Origin: Candidatus Xenobia bacterium | Lineage (GTDB): Bacteria > Vulcanimicrobiota > Xenobia > Xenobiales > QWHO01 | Assembly (NCBI GenBank): GCA_045863235.1 | Contig: BTUM01000025.1 | Span: 1 to 64,000, forward strand | Direction of reading: 5' to 3' | DNA: 64,000 nt | Shown: positions 1 through 10,933 of the stretch, piece by piece | Position numbering within the stretch: position 1 is the stretch's first letter | Layout of the letters: every line of letters begins with the position of its first letter | Made by a program: the position numbers and the translations under genes | Notes under the pieces: generated by a model | The model's input: only the letters and a program-made list of their open reading frames with translations | Databases searched by the model: none | Told to the model about the DNA's origin: nothing

Positions 1-23
1 TGCATGGAGTTGCCGGCGCATGT

Positions 24-88
24 GCCTGCATGTCCGTGCACATCGGGCGGCCCGATGGGAGGCCTGCATGTCCGCGCACAATCGGGCG
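24..88 (+). repeat. Imperfect direct repeat GCCTGCATGTCCG(T/C)GCACA(A)TCGGGCG, two copies (24-49, 62-88)
   Basis: Read directly from the sequence; lies just upstream of the FNR box. Function unknown. Confidence 0.6.
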
Positions 89-112
89 ACTCCGGAAGCC
101 GACTTGGAGGTC

Positions 113-154
113 TTGATCCAGATCAAGGCCCCCCGTGCCCCCTGGACCTATGAT
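113..154 (+). promoter_or_regulatory. FNR/DNR-type box with class II promoter for the oxidoreductase operon
   Basis: Perfect TTGAT-CCAG-ATCAA at 113-126; TATGAT -10 at 149-154, which puts the box at about -41.5. Confidence 0.85.
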
Positions 155-186
155 CGGGGCGAATCCGGGGGGATGCTGGAGGGACT

Positions 187-3100
187 GTGAAAGACCTATC
201 CCGTCGTCGATTTCTTCAGGGCCTCGGCGCCCTTGGTCTGACCGTCATCCTGGACGGTTGCAGCGGCCAGCCACAGGCCCCGCTCTCGGTGCTCACGCCG
301 GTCTCGGTGGACAATCCGCTCAAGGACTACCCCGACCGGGAGTGGGAGAAGGCCTATCGCGACCTGGCCAAGGTGGACAGCTCCTTTGTCTTCCTCTGTG
401 CCCCCAACGACACGCACAACTGCCTGCTGCGGGCCCACGTCAAGAACGACGTGGTGGTGCGCATCTCGCCCACCTACGGCTACGGCAAGGCCACCGACCT
501 CTACGGCACCAAACCTTCCCACCGCTGGGACCCGCGCTGCTGCCAGAAGGGCATCGCCCTGGCTCGCAGGTTCTACGGCGACCGTCGGGTCAAGTCGCCG
601 ATGGTGCGCAAAGGGTTCAAAGAGTGGGTCGAAAAGGGATTCCCGCGCGACCCCAACACCGGGGCCCCGCCTCCCGAGCTCTTCAAGCGCGGCTTTGACA
701 ACTTCGTGAAGGTGAGCTGGGACGAGGCCAACGACCTCTCCGCCAAAGCGCTGATCAACATCGCCACCACCTACAACGGCGACCAGGGCAAGAAGTTCCT
801 CACCGCCCAGGGCTATGAGCCCGAGTGCGTGGAGGCGACCGGGGGCGCCGGGGTGCAGGTGCTCAAGTTCCGCGGCGGCATGCCGCTACTGGGCGCTACC
901 CGCATCATGGCCCAGTACCGGATGGCCAACTCCATGGCCCTGCTCGACGCCAAGCTGCGTGGCCTCGGACCCGACGACGCGGTGGGCGCCCGGGGCTTTG
1001 ACAACTACTCCTGGCACACCGACCTTCCGCCCGGCCACCCCATGGTGACCGGCCAGCAGACGCTGGACTGGGATCTCTCCTCGGCCGAGCACTCCAAGCT
1101 GCTGGTGGTCTGGGGCATGAACTGGATCACCACCAAGATGCCCGACAGCCACTGGCTGACCGAGGCTCGCTTGAAGGGCACCCGGGTGGTGGTGATCGCC
1201 TGCGAGTATAGCGCCACCGCCTGCAAGGGCGACGACGTCATCATCGTGCGCCCGGGCACCACGCCGGCCCTGGCCCTGGGCCTGGCTCACGTGCTGATGA
1301 AGGAGAAGCTCTACGACCCCGACTACCTCAAAGCCAACACCGACCTGCCCCTGCTCGTGCGCCTGGACACCGGCAAACTGCTGCGGGCCGCCGAGGTCTT
1401 CCCCAACTACAAGCCGTTCGAGCTCAAGAACTACCTCAAGGTCCTGGGCAAGGACGAGAAGCCTCCCAAGCCCTTCGAGCAAGAGACTCCCATGGTCAAG
1501 AAGGAGCTGCGCGATGCCTGGGGCGACTTCGTGGTCTGGGACGAGAAGAAGAAGGCGGCCGCGGCCATCTCGCGCGACTGGTCGGGCAAGGAGTTCGCCA
1601 GCTCGGGCCTTGCTCCGGCCCTGGGCGGCACCTACCAGGTGCGCCTGGCCGACGGCAAGACCGTCACCGTGGCCCCCGTTTTCGCGCAGATCGAGGCCAT
1701 GGCTCGAACCTACACGCCCGAGGTGGTCTCTGAGATCACCTGGGCCCCAAGGAAGGCAATTTTGGATCTGGCCCGGGCCCTGGCCAAGAACTCGGGAGAG
1801 TCGCTGCTGGCGGTGGGCATGGGTCCCAACCAGTTCTTCAACAACGACCTCAAGGACCGGCTCATCTTCCTGGTGGCCGCTCTGACCGGCAACATCGGCA
1901 AGTTCACCGGCAGCGTCGGCTCCTACGCCGGAAACTACCGGGCCGCCCAGTTCAACGGACTGCCCTCCTACATCAACGAGAACCCCTTCCAGGTGCAGAC
2001 CGACCCGGCCGGCGACATCGCCATCAAGCAGTACTGGAAGCCCGAGTCGGCTCACTACTTCAACCACGGCGACAAGCCGCTGAAGATGGGCAAGACGATG
2101 ATCACCGGCAAGTCCCACATGCCCACCCCCACCAAGTCGGTGATGTTCTCCAACTCCAACTCGCTGGTGGGCAACATCAAAGGCCACTACGAGGTGGTCT
2201 TCAACACCCTGCCCAAAGTCGAGTTCGTGGCCTGCAACGAGTGGTGGTGGACGCTCTCGTGCGAGTATGTGGACATCATCTACCCGGTGGACTCCTGGGC
2301 CGAGTTCCGCTACCCCGACCTGACCGCCTCGTGCACCAACCCCTTCCTCTACGTCTTCCCGGCCACGCCGCACAAGCGCAATTTTGATACGCGCAGCGAC
2401 CTGGACGTGTCGGCCGGGGTGGGCCGGCGGCTCGCCGAACTGACCGAGGAGCCGCGCTTTGCGGACATGTGGAAGTTCGTCAACGAGAAGGACGTCGGGG
2501 TCTACCTGCAGCGCGTCATCGACCGCAGCAACCAGACCCGCGGCTACAAGATCGAGGACCTGCACAAGCTCGCGCAGGAGGGCACCCCCTCGCTGGTGCT
2601 CTCGCGCACCTATCCCAAAGTTGCCGGCTGGGAGCAGGGCAACGAAGGCAAGCCGTGGTACACCCGCAGCGGGCGCCTGGAGTTCTATCGCGACGAGGAC
2701 GAGTTCATCGCCGCGGGCGAGAACCTCCCCGTGCACCGCGAGCCCATCGACTCCACCTTCTACGAGCCCAACGTGATCGTCAGCGGGCCCCATCCCCTGC
2801 TGCGACCCAAGGGACCGCGCGACTACGGGGTTGATCCTAAGGATCTCAACGGCGAGGTGCGCCAGGGTCGCAACGTGGTCAAGACCTGGGAAGAGCTGAA
2901 GAAGACCCGTCATCCGCTGATGTCTGCGGGGCACCGGTTCATCTTCCACACCCCCAAGTATCGACACGGCTCGCATACCACCCCGGTCGACCTCGACATC
3001 ATCGACGTGCTGTTCGGTCCCTTCTCGGACATGTACCGGCGCGACCCGCGCCAGCCCTACGTGGGTGAGGCCTACATCGACATCAATCCGCTCGACGCTC

Positions 3101-3654
3101 GCGAGCTCGGCATCCAGGACGGGGACTACGTTTACGTCGACGCCGATCCCCACGATCGCCCCTTCCACGGCTGGCAGGAGAGGCCCCAGGAGGCCGAGGT
3201 GGCCAGGCTGCTCTGCCGGGCTCGCTACTATCCGGGCACGCCTCGCGGCGTGACCCGCATGTGGCACAACATGTATGGTGCCTGCCACGGCACGGTGCAG
3301 GCCGCCAAGAATCGCGCCGACCACCTGGCCAAGTCGGAGGAGACGGGTTACCAGTCCATCTTCCGTCAGGGCAGCCACCAGTCGTGCACCCGGGGCTACA
3401 TCAAGCCGACCCACATGACCGACTCTTTGATTCGCAAGGACGTCTACGGGCAAACCATCGGACAGGGCTTCGTGCCCGACGTCCACTGCCCCACCGGCGC
3501 TCCGCGCGAGTCCTTCGTCAAGATCACCCTGGCCGAGCCGGGCGGGGTGGACGGTGAAAAGCTGTGGCGCCCGGCCGCCCTGGGACTTCGTCCGACCTAC
3601 GAGAGCGCGGCCATGAAGCGCTATCTCGCCGGTCAGTTCAGCAAGGAGGTTTAG
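187..3654 (+). CDS. nxrA: Periplasmic nitrate/nitrite oxidoreductase alpha subunit (NXR-like Mo-bisPGD enzyme, type II DMSO reductase family)
   Basis: Tat motif [22 protein letters not shown]0 motif CAPNDTHNC...RCCQKG; Mo-Asp motif [13 protein letters not shown]; 1155 aa. Catalytic direction is not established. Confidence 0.85.
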   Translation: MKDLSRRRFLQGLGALGLTVILDGCSGQPQAPLSVLTPVSVDNPLKDYPDREWEKAYRDLAKVDSSFVFLCAPNDTHNCLLRAHVKNDVVVRISPTYGYGKATDLYGTKPSHRWDPRCCQKGIALARRFYGDRRVKSPMVRKGFKEWVEKGFPRDPNTGAPPPELFKRGFDNFVKVSWDEANDLSAKALINIATTYNGDQGKKFLTAQGYEPECVEATGGAGVQVLKFRGGMPLLGATRIMAQYRMANSMALLDAKLRGLGPDDAVGARGFDNYSWHTDLPPGHPMVTGQQTLDWDLSSAEHSKLLVVWGMNWITTKMPDSHWLTEARLKGTRVVVIACEYSATACKGDDVIIVRPGTTPALALGLAHVLMKEKLYDPDYLKANTDLPLLVRLDTGKLLRAAEVFPNYKPFELKNYLKVLGKDEKPPKPFEQETPMVKKELRDAWGDFVVWDEKKKAAAAISRDWSGKEFASSGLAPALGGTYQVRLADGKTVTVAPVFAQIEAMARTYTPEVVSEITWAPRKAILDLARALAKNSGESLLAVGMGPNQFFNNDLKDRLIFLVAALTGNIGKFTGSVGSYAGNYRAAQFNGLPSYINENPFQVQTDPAGDIAIKQYWKPESAHYFNHGDKPLKMGKTMITGKSHMPTPTKSVMFSNSNSLVGNIKGHYEVVFNTLPKVEFVACNEWWWTLSCEYVDIIYPVDSWAEFRYPDLTASCTNPFLYVFPATPHKRNFDTRSDLDVSAGVGRRLAELTEEPRFADMWKFVNEKDVGVYLQRVIDRSNQTRGYKIEDLHKLAQEGTPSLVLSRTYPKVAGWEQGNEGKPWYTRSGRLEFYRDEDEFIAAGENLPVHREPIDSTFYEPNVIVSGPHPLLRPKGPRDYGVDPKDLNGEVRQGRNVVKTWEELKKTRHPLMSAGHRFIFHTPKYRHGSHTTPVDLDIIDVLFGPFSDMYRRDPRQPYVGEAYIDINPLDARELGIQDGDYVYVDADPHDRPFHGWQERPQEAEVARLLCRARYYPGTPRGVTRMWHNMYGACHGTVQAAKNRADHLAKSEETGYQSIFRQGSHQSCTRGYIKPTHMTDSLIRKDVYGQTIGQGFVPDVHCPTGAPRESFVKITLAEPGGVDGEKLWRPAALGLRPTYESAAMKRYLAGQFSKEV

Positions 3655-3658
3655 GCAG

Positions 3659-4789
3659 ATGCCGACCGTTTACAACTGGCAGATCGGGCGCGACATGACC
3701 TTCCCTTACGAGGGGCACCGGCCGGAGAAGCAGTTCGCCTACGTCTTCGACCTCAACAAGTGCATCGACTGTCAGACCTGCACCATCGCCTGCAAGACCA
3801 CCTGGACCTCGGGCAAGGGCCAGGAGGTGATGCTCTGGAACAACGTCGAGACCAAGCCCTACGGCTTCTTCCCGATGGGTTGGGATGTCAAGATCCTGGA
3901 CATGCTCGGGGCCCAGGAGTGGAAGGGGGACGTCTACGCCGGCAAGACCTTGTTCGAGGCGGCCGAGAAGGGCGAGCCGGTGCTGGGGTATCTCCCCGAG
4001 GACATCGACTACGCCAGCCCCAACGTGGGCGAGGACGATTGCCAGGGAATCGTGGAGGGTGGCGCCTACCACTCCATGGAGCATCTGAGCTGGATGTTCT
4101 ACCTGCCCCGCATCTGCAACCACTGCACCTATCCCGGATGCCTGGGGAGCTGCCCCCGCAAGGCCGCCTACAAACGTCCCCAGGACGGCATCGTGCTGAT
4201 CGACCAGGGCCGCTGCCGCGGCTACCGCGAGTGCATCAAGGGCTGTCCCTACAAGCGCCCCTTCTTCAACAACCACACCCGCACCAGCGAGAAATGCATC
4301 GCCTGCTATCCCTTCGTGGAGCAGGGCCAGCAGCCCCAGTGCGTGACCATGTGCATCGGCAAGATCCGCCTCACCGGCTATCTCTCCGAGCACGACAAGC
4401 CCCAGAAGGACAACCCCATCGACTACCTGGTGCACGTGCGTAAAGTGGCCCTGCCGCTCTATCCCCAGTTCGGTCTTGAGCCCAACGTCTACTACATCCC
4501 GCCCGTCAACGTCCCGCCGAAGTATCTACGCCAGATGTTCGGCCCGCGCGTGGAGGAGGCCGTCCAGACCTACCGCAAGGCCAAGGATGACAAGGAGCTG
4601 CTCGGGGCTCTCATGCTCTTCGGCAGCACCGAGCGGATCCTCAAACAGTTCCGCGTCGAGAAGGACTCGGTCGTCGGGATCGACCTGATGAACGGCTCCG
4701 AGGCCGTGCGCGTGCCCTTCACCGAGCCCACCGTGGTGCGGCCGTTCCGCGACGAGCAGCACCTGGTCTACCGCCACAACATTACCTGA
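3659..4789 (+). CDS. nxrB: Nitrate/nitrite oxidoreductase beta (Fe-S) subunit
   Basis: VYNWQIGR N-terminus, [10 protein letters not shown], four Cys clusters (CIDCQTC, CNHC, CRGYREC, CIAC), [14 protein letters not shown]. Confidence 0.88.
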   Translation: MPTVYNWQIGRDMTFPYEGHRPEKQFAYVFDLNKCIDCQTCTIACKTTWTSGKGQEVMLWNNVETKPYGFFPMGWDVKILDMLGAQEWKGDVYAGKTLFEAAEKGEPVLGYLPEDIDYASPNVGEDDCQGIVEGGAYHSMEHLSWMFYLPRICNHCTYPGCLGSCPRKAAYKRPQDGIVLIDQGRCRGYRECIKGCPYKRPFFNNHTRTSEKCIACYPFVEQGQQPQCVTMCIGKIRLTGYLSEHDKPQKDNPIDYLVHVRKVALPLYPQFGLEPNVYYIPPVNVPPKYLRQMFGPRVEEAVQTYRKAKDDKELLGALMLFGSTERILKQFRVEKDSVVGIDLMNGSEAVRVPFTEPTVVRPFRDEQHLVYRHNIT

Positions 4790-4790
4790 G

Positions 4791-5636
4791 GTGAGTGCCG
4801 TGAAGAGATTCTGCCTGTTCCTAATGCTGCTGTCCGCCAGCGCCCTGGCCCAGGTTCAGGGCAAGAAGGTCTCCGACAAGGTGGAGGTGATGCTCGACCC
4901 GGCCGCGGCCGTCTGGTCGCAGGCCGCCGAGAGCAAGGTCCCCCTGCTCGCCCAGGCGATTGCCAAGCCCTTCCTCGACAAAGCGACTCTCAAGGAGATT
5001 CGGGTCAAGGCTGTCCACAACGGTAAGTGGGTGGCTCTGCGCCTGGAGTGGGACGATGCCACGCGCGATGCCACCCAGGCCGGCGGCAAGTTCACCGATG
5101 CCGTGGCCATCCAGTTCCCGGCCAACGGAGATCGCAAGACCTCGCCCTTCATGGGGGCCAAGGACAATCCGGTCGAGATCGTCCACTGGAAGGCTATCTG
5201 GCAAGACGACGTGGAGCAGGGCTACCGCGACGTCGAGCACGCCTATCCCAACTACTACTATGACTTCTACCCTTTGGCCAAGGGCAAGAAGGCCAGCGAC
5301 ATCCTGGCCCGGGCCCTGGAGTTCAACCCCGCCCGCTATCTAAAGAACCCGATCAGCGACGTGGCCCGCAAGGAGCCCTGCGAGGAGCTGGTGGCGGTGG
5401 GCTGGGGAACTCTGACCACTCAGACCCATCATGATTCGCGGGCCAGGGGAGTGCACAAGGACGGCAAGTGGACGGTCGTTCTCGCTGCCCCGCTGGCCTC
5501 CAAGGACCCCACCGACGTCAAGTTCCGCGCCACCACCCCGGTCGCCTTTGCGGTCTGGGAGGGGAGCGCGGGCAATCGAGGCGGTCGCAAGCACTACGCC
5601 ATGTGGACCGACCTGGTGCTGGAAGGTGTGCCATGA
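4791..5636 (+). CDS. Heme b gamma subunit (EbdC/NxrC-like)
   Basis: Sec signal peptide; LRLEWDD; DAVAIQFP...SPFMG (Met ligand); AFAVWEG...GGRK (Lys ligand); operon position. Confidence 0.8.
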   Translation: MSAVKRFCLFLMLLSASALAQVQGKKVSDKVEVMLDPAAAVWSQAAESKVPLLAQAIAKPFLDKATLKEIRVKAVHNGKWVALRLEWDDATRDATQAGGKFTDAVAIQFPANGDRKTSPFMGAKDNPVEIVHWKAIWQDDVEQGYRDVEHAYPNYYYDFYPLAKGKKASDILARALEFNPARYLKNPISDVARKEPCEELVAVGWGTLTTQTHHDSRARGVHKDGKWTVVLAAPLASKDPTDVKFRATTPVAFAVWEGSAGNRGGRKHYAMWTDLVLEGVP

Positions 5637-6262
5637 CCAACGAACGGATCGAGCTTTTCCGCTTGCTGGCAGCGGCGCTCAGCTACCCCACCCGCGAGAT
5701 GCGCGAGCGGGTAACCGCCCTGGGCGAAGCCTTGCGCGGCCATCGACCCGAGCTGGATGCTCTGCTCGCCCTGGAGCCGGATGAGGGCTTCTACCTGCGG
5801 TTGTTCGAATCGCAGGTAGCCGCCTCGCCGCACGAGACCGAGTACGGCCTGAACCGCACCACCCGAAAGCCCATCGAGCTGGCCGACATCGCCGGATTCT
5901 ACCGCGCCTTCGGGGTCGAAACGCGTCAGGACATGGTCGATCACATGGCCGCCGAGCTCGAGTTCCTGGCCTACCTGCTCATCAAGGAGGCCTACGCCGA
6001 GGAGCAGGGCTGGGAGGAGCCGCGCAAGATCACCGCTCGGGCCTATGCATCCTTCCTCGAAGACCACGCCGGCCGTTGGCTCGACTTTCTGGCCGAGCGG
6101 GTGGATTCCGTGGCCCCGGGCAGCTTCTACGCCCTGGCCACGCGCCTGGCGGCCCGGCTGGTGGGGGAGGAGGTCGCCCGGCTCGGGCTCGAGCCTGCGC
6201 GGGTGAACCAGGTGGCCCCGGCTCCGGCCGAGGAGATGAGCTGCGGAGGCTGCCCGGCATGA
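5633..6262 (+). CDS. TorD/DmsD-family molybdoenzyme maturation chaperone
   Basis: ATG overlaps the upstream stop (ATGA); LADIAGFYRAFG, DHMAAELEF, FLEDHAGRW. Confidence 0.85.
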   Translation: MTNERIELFRLLAAALSYPTREMRERVTALGEALRGHRPELDALLALEPDEGFYLRLFESQVAASPHETEYGLNRTTRKPIELADIAGFYRAFGVETRQDMVDHMAAELEFLAYLLIKEAYAEEQGWEEPRKITARAYASFLEDHAGRWLDFLAERVDSVAPGSFYALATRLAARLVGEEVARLGLEPARVNQVAPAPAEEMSCGGCPA

Positions 6263-6594
6263 AAGAGGTCGAGCCGCCTCCGCGCTATCAGAGCTTCGCC
6301 AAACACTTTCCCGAGGTGCTGGCGGCCTACGAGAGCCTGGGTCAGTCGGTGCGCCAGGCCGGGCCGCTCGACGATCGCACCCGGCGCCTGGCGCGCCTCG
6401 GCATCGCCGTGGGGGCGCGCCTGCGGGGGGCCGTGCACGCTCACACCCGGCTGGCGCTGGCCGAGGGGATCTCGGCCGAAGAGATCCGCCAGGTGGCCTT
6501 GCTGGCCATCACCACGCTGGGGTTGCCCCAGATGATGGCCGCCCTGGAGTGGGTGGAGCAGGAGCTGGAGCGAGTGGCCTCGTCGTCACCTTGA
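6259..6594 (+). CDS. Carboxymuconolactone decarboxylase/AhpD-like protein
   Basis: GPLDDRTRRLARLGIAVG...HAHTRLALAEGISAEEI...GLP; start coupled to the upstream stop. Confidence 0.8.
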   Translation: MKEVEPPPRYQSFAKHFPEVLAAYESLGQSVRQAGPLDDRTRRLARLGIAVGARLRGAVHAHTRLALAEGISAEEIRQVALLAITTLGLPQMMAALEWVEQELERVASSSP

Positions 6595-6615
6595 ACTGCT
6601 CAATCTGGCGGGGCC

Positions 6616-6900
6616 TTATCGCAGGTGGGCAGGAGTGGCGCTGGTGGTGGGCTGAGGCAACGCGCTCTGGGAGGGCGCGGAAGGCTGGGAATCTGCTGCC
6701 GGAGGCGCGTCATCGCTGAGCGACTCCTGGTTCTTGGCGGCCCCGCCCCCCGCTCGTCCGGTCGCCTCGTTCGAGACCGGTTTGGGCGAGGCTTGTTCGA
6801 GCGCGGCGGGACTCGGAGAGGAGGAGTTCTCGGGGACGGGGGCCGAGCCACACCCGATCACCAGTGCTGCGCCGATGAGGAGGATCAAGTTTCGCATCAT
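6616..6900 (-). CDS. Small Pro/Ser-rich lipoprotein
   Basis: Signal peptide with lipobox LVIGC followed by a low-complexity tail. Confidence 0.55.
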   Translation of the reverse strand: MMRNLILLIGAALVIGCGSAPVPENSSSPSPAALEQASPKPVSNEATGRAGGGAAKNQESLSDDAPPAADSQPSAPSQSALPQPTTSATPAHLR

Positions 6901-6989
6901 CCTCCATTCGTCGCCGGAGGGAGGGGATTCTTTCTTCCCGGGTGACCGGCCTGGAAGGGCACCGTGCGAGGCTCTTCGAAGCTCGCATC

Positions 6990-7217
6990 ATGAAGAAGCT
7001 CCTCATCGTTATCGTCCTCGCTATCACTTTCGTGGCCGGGCGGGCCACCGCAGACCAGCCCCGCATGCAGGCCGCCAGGGTGAACCTGGAGCAGGCTCGC
7101 GAGAACCTGCAGGCGGCCACGCCCGACAAAGGTGGTCATCGCGCCAAGGCTCTGGTGCTCGTGAACAGGGCCCTGGAACAGGTCCAGTTGGGCATTGTGG
7201 CGGACCGCCGACGCTGA
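6990..7217 (+). CDS. Small secreted helical protein (DKGGHRAKA motif)
   Basis: MKKLLIVIVLA signal peptide; QPRMQAA...DKGGHRAKAL; 75 aa. Confidence 0.75.
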   Translation: MKKLLIVIVLAITFVAGRATADQPRMQAARVNLEQARENLQAATPDKGGHRAKALVLVNRALEQVQLGIVADRRR

Positions 7218-7401
7218 GGCACCAGGGTCAGTATCGGCGGAGTTCGCGAAGCGGCTCTGGAACGGGGGGTTTCTCACCCGCCCCCGATGAGTGCTCCCGA
7301 GCACCGCGACGAGCCAGCCATCCCGTCGATCAATCTTTAGGATGCATAGGGAACTCGCCCGCGGTCAGGAATGGTCCTGCCCCAGAGGGGGGTGTGGTCC
7401 A

Positions 7402-9018
7402 ATGCTTAAGATGATTCTTGTTCTGCGACTCTGGTAGTGGGTTGCCAGGGCAGCGGCACTTCTGTTCCTGCCACGACAGCACCGGTAGACAATTTGGTTC
7501 CGGAAGTCCGGGTCGAGATTCTCGATACCGCAGATGGCTTCCAGGCCGGATCGCAGGACGCGATCGTAAGCTACCGCGTGGAGACGTCCGAGGGCCAGGT
7601 CGTGACGCTGGAACGCGTTCCCGGCCAGTTCTCGCATGAGATCGAGCTGGCGGGCCTCAAGGACGGGTTGGACACGCTCAACATCCTGGCCGTGGCCCAG
7701 GACGGGAGCATCGTGAGCCATTACCAGGTCACGCTGCAGGTCCCGGGTGAGATCCTTGTGCACTCGGACCGCTTCACTCCCGGCCCGCCGCGCCGCGAGG
7801 GCGCTATCGACGAGTGGGTGGAGCAGTTGAGGTCAGCGTATTCGGAACCCCGACCTGACCGAGACCTACCGGATTTGTAGCGTGAACGTGCCCCCGAGGT
7901 CGTGCGCAGCCCCTACGACATCATCGGTTTGCACCGCCTAGCCACGGACAAGCCTCGGGCGGGCCGGGTGCTGCTGTTCCTGCCCGGCGGGCAGTGCAAC
8001 GGATGCCTCTACACTGCGGACGAGACGCGAGACTTCCGGCTCTGGCTGGCGAATCGGGGCTACGAGGTCTACAGCCTGGACTACCGTCCACTTCGCGCCC
8101 GCCCCCAACGTCGCGGGGGTGGACATCCCCGGCCAGGGCGACCCGGATCTGCGGTTCATGGCGCCCTGGAACGGGGCCACGTGGATCTCCGACGCCGCCA
8201 GCGCGATCGAGTTCATCCAGCAGAACTCGAGCGGCGGCCAGTTGACTTACTACTATGCCTGCTCCGTCCAGGGAGGCCGACTGGGCCAGGAGAACTTGCG
8301 CGGGATCATCGCCATGGATGGGGGCCCGTTCCAGCAAGGCACCACGCATCCACCCGACACCCTGAGCGCGGACGCCGCCCGCACCGCTATCCTGGGCGGA
8401 CCGACGCCACAGAACATCGCCCTGTGCAAGAGCTACGGGTCCGACCCGGGGCCGGGCTACTACACCGAAGCCTTCGGTGACCTGACGGACCCCCCGTTCC
8501 TGGACAACCTGCTGACCTGGCTGCTGGACGGGGATCCCACCGCCGAGAACTTCCTCGTTCAGCGCTATCAGAACAACTGGGGCCACAACGACAGGGGGGT
8601 CGGGCAGTTCACCAACATTGCCAGAGGTTACAACGACCTCGCTACGATCCTGGCCTGGTCCGTGCTGGCGGCCGACTCCTACTGGCCGATGGCATTCGGT
8701 CTCGACGACGCCATCGTCACCAACTACAGCGGCCCGCCGGACGGTCCTTACAAGGTTCCGGTAAACGCCGGAGGCGGCCTGCGCTACTACGATAACCTGG
8801 CCCAGATCGACGTCCCCCAGTACGTCCTCAGGTCGGACGGGTGGACGAACTACCTCGGGAACCACGTCGGGTGGAAGTTCGCCGGGATAGCGCTCAGCTC
8901 GAGCACCGATACCGAGGCACGCGTCCTGGAGAATTTCGGCCACCTGGACACGCTGTCGGGCACGAGATCGAACGAGGCCGTGGCCCGGCCGCTGCTGGAG
9001 TGGCTGGACAAGCATTAA
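7402..9018 (+). pseudogene. Frameshifted lipoprotein with alpha/beta-hydrolase domain
   Basis: The signal peptide is out of frame with the lipobox (VVGC). Pieces 7437-7880, 7902-~8090 (VLLFLPGG...LANRGYEVYSLDYR) and 8119-9018 (GHLD) are separated by stops or frameshifts. Confidence 0.6.
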
Positions 9019-9028
9019 GCGCGCCACG

Positions 9029-9099
9029 TTGCACGGCAACCTCTGGCGCGCGAGGGCAGCCCCCGAGATGTGCGAGTGCGGAGCCTGGCTGCGGCCGCA
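9029..9099 (+). pseudogene. Decayed fragment of cobB sirtuin
   Basis: LHGNLWRAR..CECGAWLRP matches 32603-32702 at DNA level, with internal deletions. Confidence 0.75.
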
Positions 9100-9186
9100 G
9101 GACGACTCCGACCTGGCGGCCTCGGTATGCATGTCGCCCGGGCACACCCTTCAAGCCCGTCAGCGGGCTTCTACCGTCCCCGCGCG

Positions 9187-10872
9187 TTATCCAGGACGAG
9201 GCGCCCCAGCCGCAGACGTCCATCCATCCAGGTGATGAACCCTGGCCTCCCGTCCCGGAGGGCTCGTCAGCGCGGCCAGGATGGTCCTGTCCTGGGACAG
9301 GCGGGTCTCGTTCAGATACAGGCAGAACATCGTCTGAACGGCCCGGCGCTGAAGGACATTCTCGAAGTCCTTCACCAGAAGAGCTCTGCGCTCGAGGTCG
9401 GGCTCTTGCAGGCAGCGAGCCACCATCTCGCCAGCCCGGCAAGCGTCGTGGACGCCCACGCCAAAGCGGAACCAGGCAGTCTGGAGGGCATCGCCTATAA
9501 CGAAATACTCTCCCTGCCCGATGCGGCCCCAGGACGCGGGTTCCGAGGAGACGGTCCGGACGCCGGTGAGGCGACTGCGGAACAAGCTCATCGTGTCGTG
9601 AGCCAGGCATGGAAAATCGTTTTCCTCCCTGACATAGCGGGCCAGGGCCGCATCGTCGATGCTCTCGGACAGGCCCATCGCGGCTAGAATCGCAAGGGCG
9701 ATGTTCCAGGGGGGAGCCTTCACCCCCTCAGCCAGCGAGGGTAGCATCCCCTCGAGGTGGACGCGGCGGATCTGATTCTCGTCCAGGCCGTGCCAGGTTG
9801 AGGGGTCGAGATGGTCGCCGTAGGAGGTTGGAGCAAAGACCCAATCCGGAGGAACCAGGCCTTGGGAATACAAATCGGGCAACGATCTAAAAGTGAATAC
9901 CGAGCGGTCGATGCTGCACACCAGGCACAGGGGGGCGTCGTCGATTCTCGGATCGAGGGCCAGCACGAGGGGGACGAACTCGCGCCAGGCTTCACTCTGG
10001 CTGGCGAACCTCTGGTCGATGACACGCAGCTCCGACTCCTGGCCTTCCAGGTAGGATTCCAGTCGATCGTCCAGTCGCAGGGCGTCGCGGGCCTTCTCGC
10101 GGAGCCCCACTACCCGATCCGCGCCGACCAGTCCGTTCCGCAAGGAGCTGTGACCCCCGGAGGCGTCTATCAGGACATCGTAAGACACCGTGAAATCGGC
10201 AGGCATTGTTTGCCTCTGTGTGCCAAAAAATCGGATTACCTCGGGGTTCTGGCTATGCGGCGGGGGCCCTGCACGGAGGCTCTCCCCCTGAAGCTCAAGT
10301 CGGCAAGGACTGTGCAGCGTGACCCCCGCTTTGAGTGCCACGATGCCGAGAAAGGAGATCAGATCAAAAAGCCAGATGTTGCTTTTGTCCGCGTAGCTGA
10401 CAGGGATCTCGCTGCGCAGAGAGCGAGGTGCGCCCAGGGAGGAGAGGTATCGCTCCTCCTGACGAAACAGACCCACGCAGCGAGCCCTTTCCGGGGCCGG
10501 GTGTTGCTCGAAGAGCGACACCTCGTGTCCCTGCATGGCGCATTCGATGGCCGCCGTGAGCCCCCCGGGCCCTCCTCCTGCGATCGCGATTCGTTTGGGT
10601 TGAGAGGTTAGCCGGACCTGCGAGAGACGCTCCACGAGCACCTCGTGGATCCGGGCGACCATTGCCTCCGGCTCGAGGTCGTCCTCCACCAGCCAGCGCG
10701 TATGGTTGTGCTTGTCTCCCAGTCGCAGGCCGTCTTCGAGTCGGCGAAGATCTCCGTCGACTCTGCGGGGAACCTCCCCCAGGGGGCGCAGCATCGACTC
10801 CGAGAAGAGGGCCTCCCGGGTAGCCGGCTTGAGGATCGTGAGGCGCTTCTCGAGGCCGTCATAGCGGTACAT
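9187..10872 (-). CDS. FAD-dependent monooxygenase, MICAL-like
   Basis: IAIAGGGPGGLTAAIE, YDVLIDASGG, FVIGDAL...FGVGV. Confidence 0.7.
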   Translation of the reverse strand: MYRYDGLEKRLTILKPATREALFSESMLRPLGEVPRRVDGDLRRLEDGLRLGDKHNHTRWLVEDDLEPEAMVARIHEVLVERLSQVRLTSQPKRIAIAGGGPGGLTAAIECAMQGHEVSLFEQHPAPERARCVGLFRQEERYLSSLGAPRSLRSEIPVSYADKSNIWLFDLISFLGIVALKAGVTLHSPCRLELQGESLRAGPPPHSQNPEVIRFFGTQRQTMPADFTVSYDVLIDASGGHSSLRNGLVGADRVVGLREKARDALRLDDRLESYLEGQESELRVIDQRFASQSEAWREFVPLVLALDPRIDDAPLCLVCSIDRSVFTFRSLPDLYSQGLVPPDWVFAPTSYGDHLDPSTWHGLDENQIRRVHLEGMLPSLAEGVKAPPWNIALAILAAMGLSESIDDAALARYVREENDFPCLAHDTMSLFRSRLTGVRTVSSEPASWGRIGQGEYFVIGDALQTAWFRFGVGVHDACRAGEMVARCLQEPDLERRALLVKDFENVLQRRAVQTMFCLYLNETRLSQDRTILAALTSPPGREARVHHLDGWTSAAGAPRPG

Positions 10873-10933
10873 CCGCTGCCGCTTCGATACCGACTTCTGC
10901 AGGCCTTTGTCTCTCGTTGTGGTAGGGAATGCC

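Noticed and set aside
24..88. Possible CRISPR array end
   Set aside because: Only two imperfect copies 12 nt apart, and no cas genes.
886..3486. Long antisense ORFs (also 21433-23061, 35603-37600, 38265-40556, 45185-48271, 51488-54070, 56729-58741, 60575-62830)
   Set aside because: Shadow frames of well-supported genes in high-GC DNA; they carry no motifs.
187..4789. Calling the organism a nitrite oxidiser
   Set aside because: Sequence alone does not give catalytic direction; the FNR box and nos linkage favour reduction.
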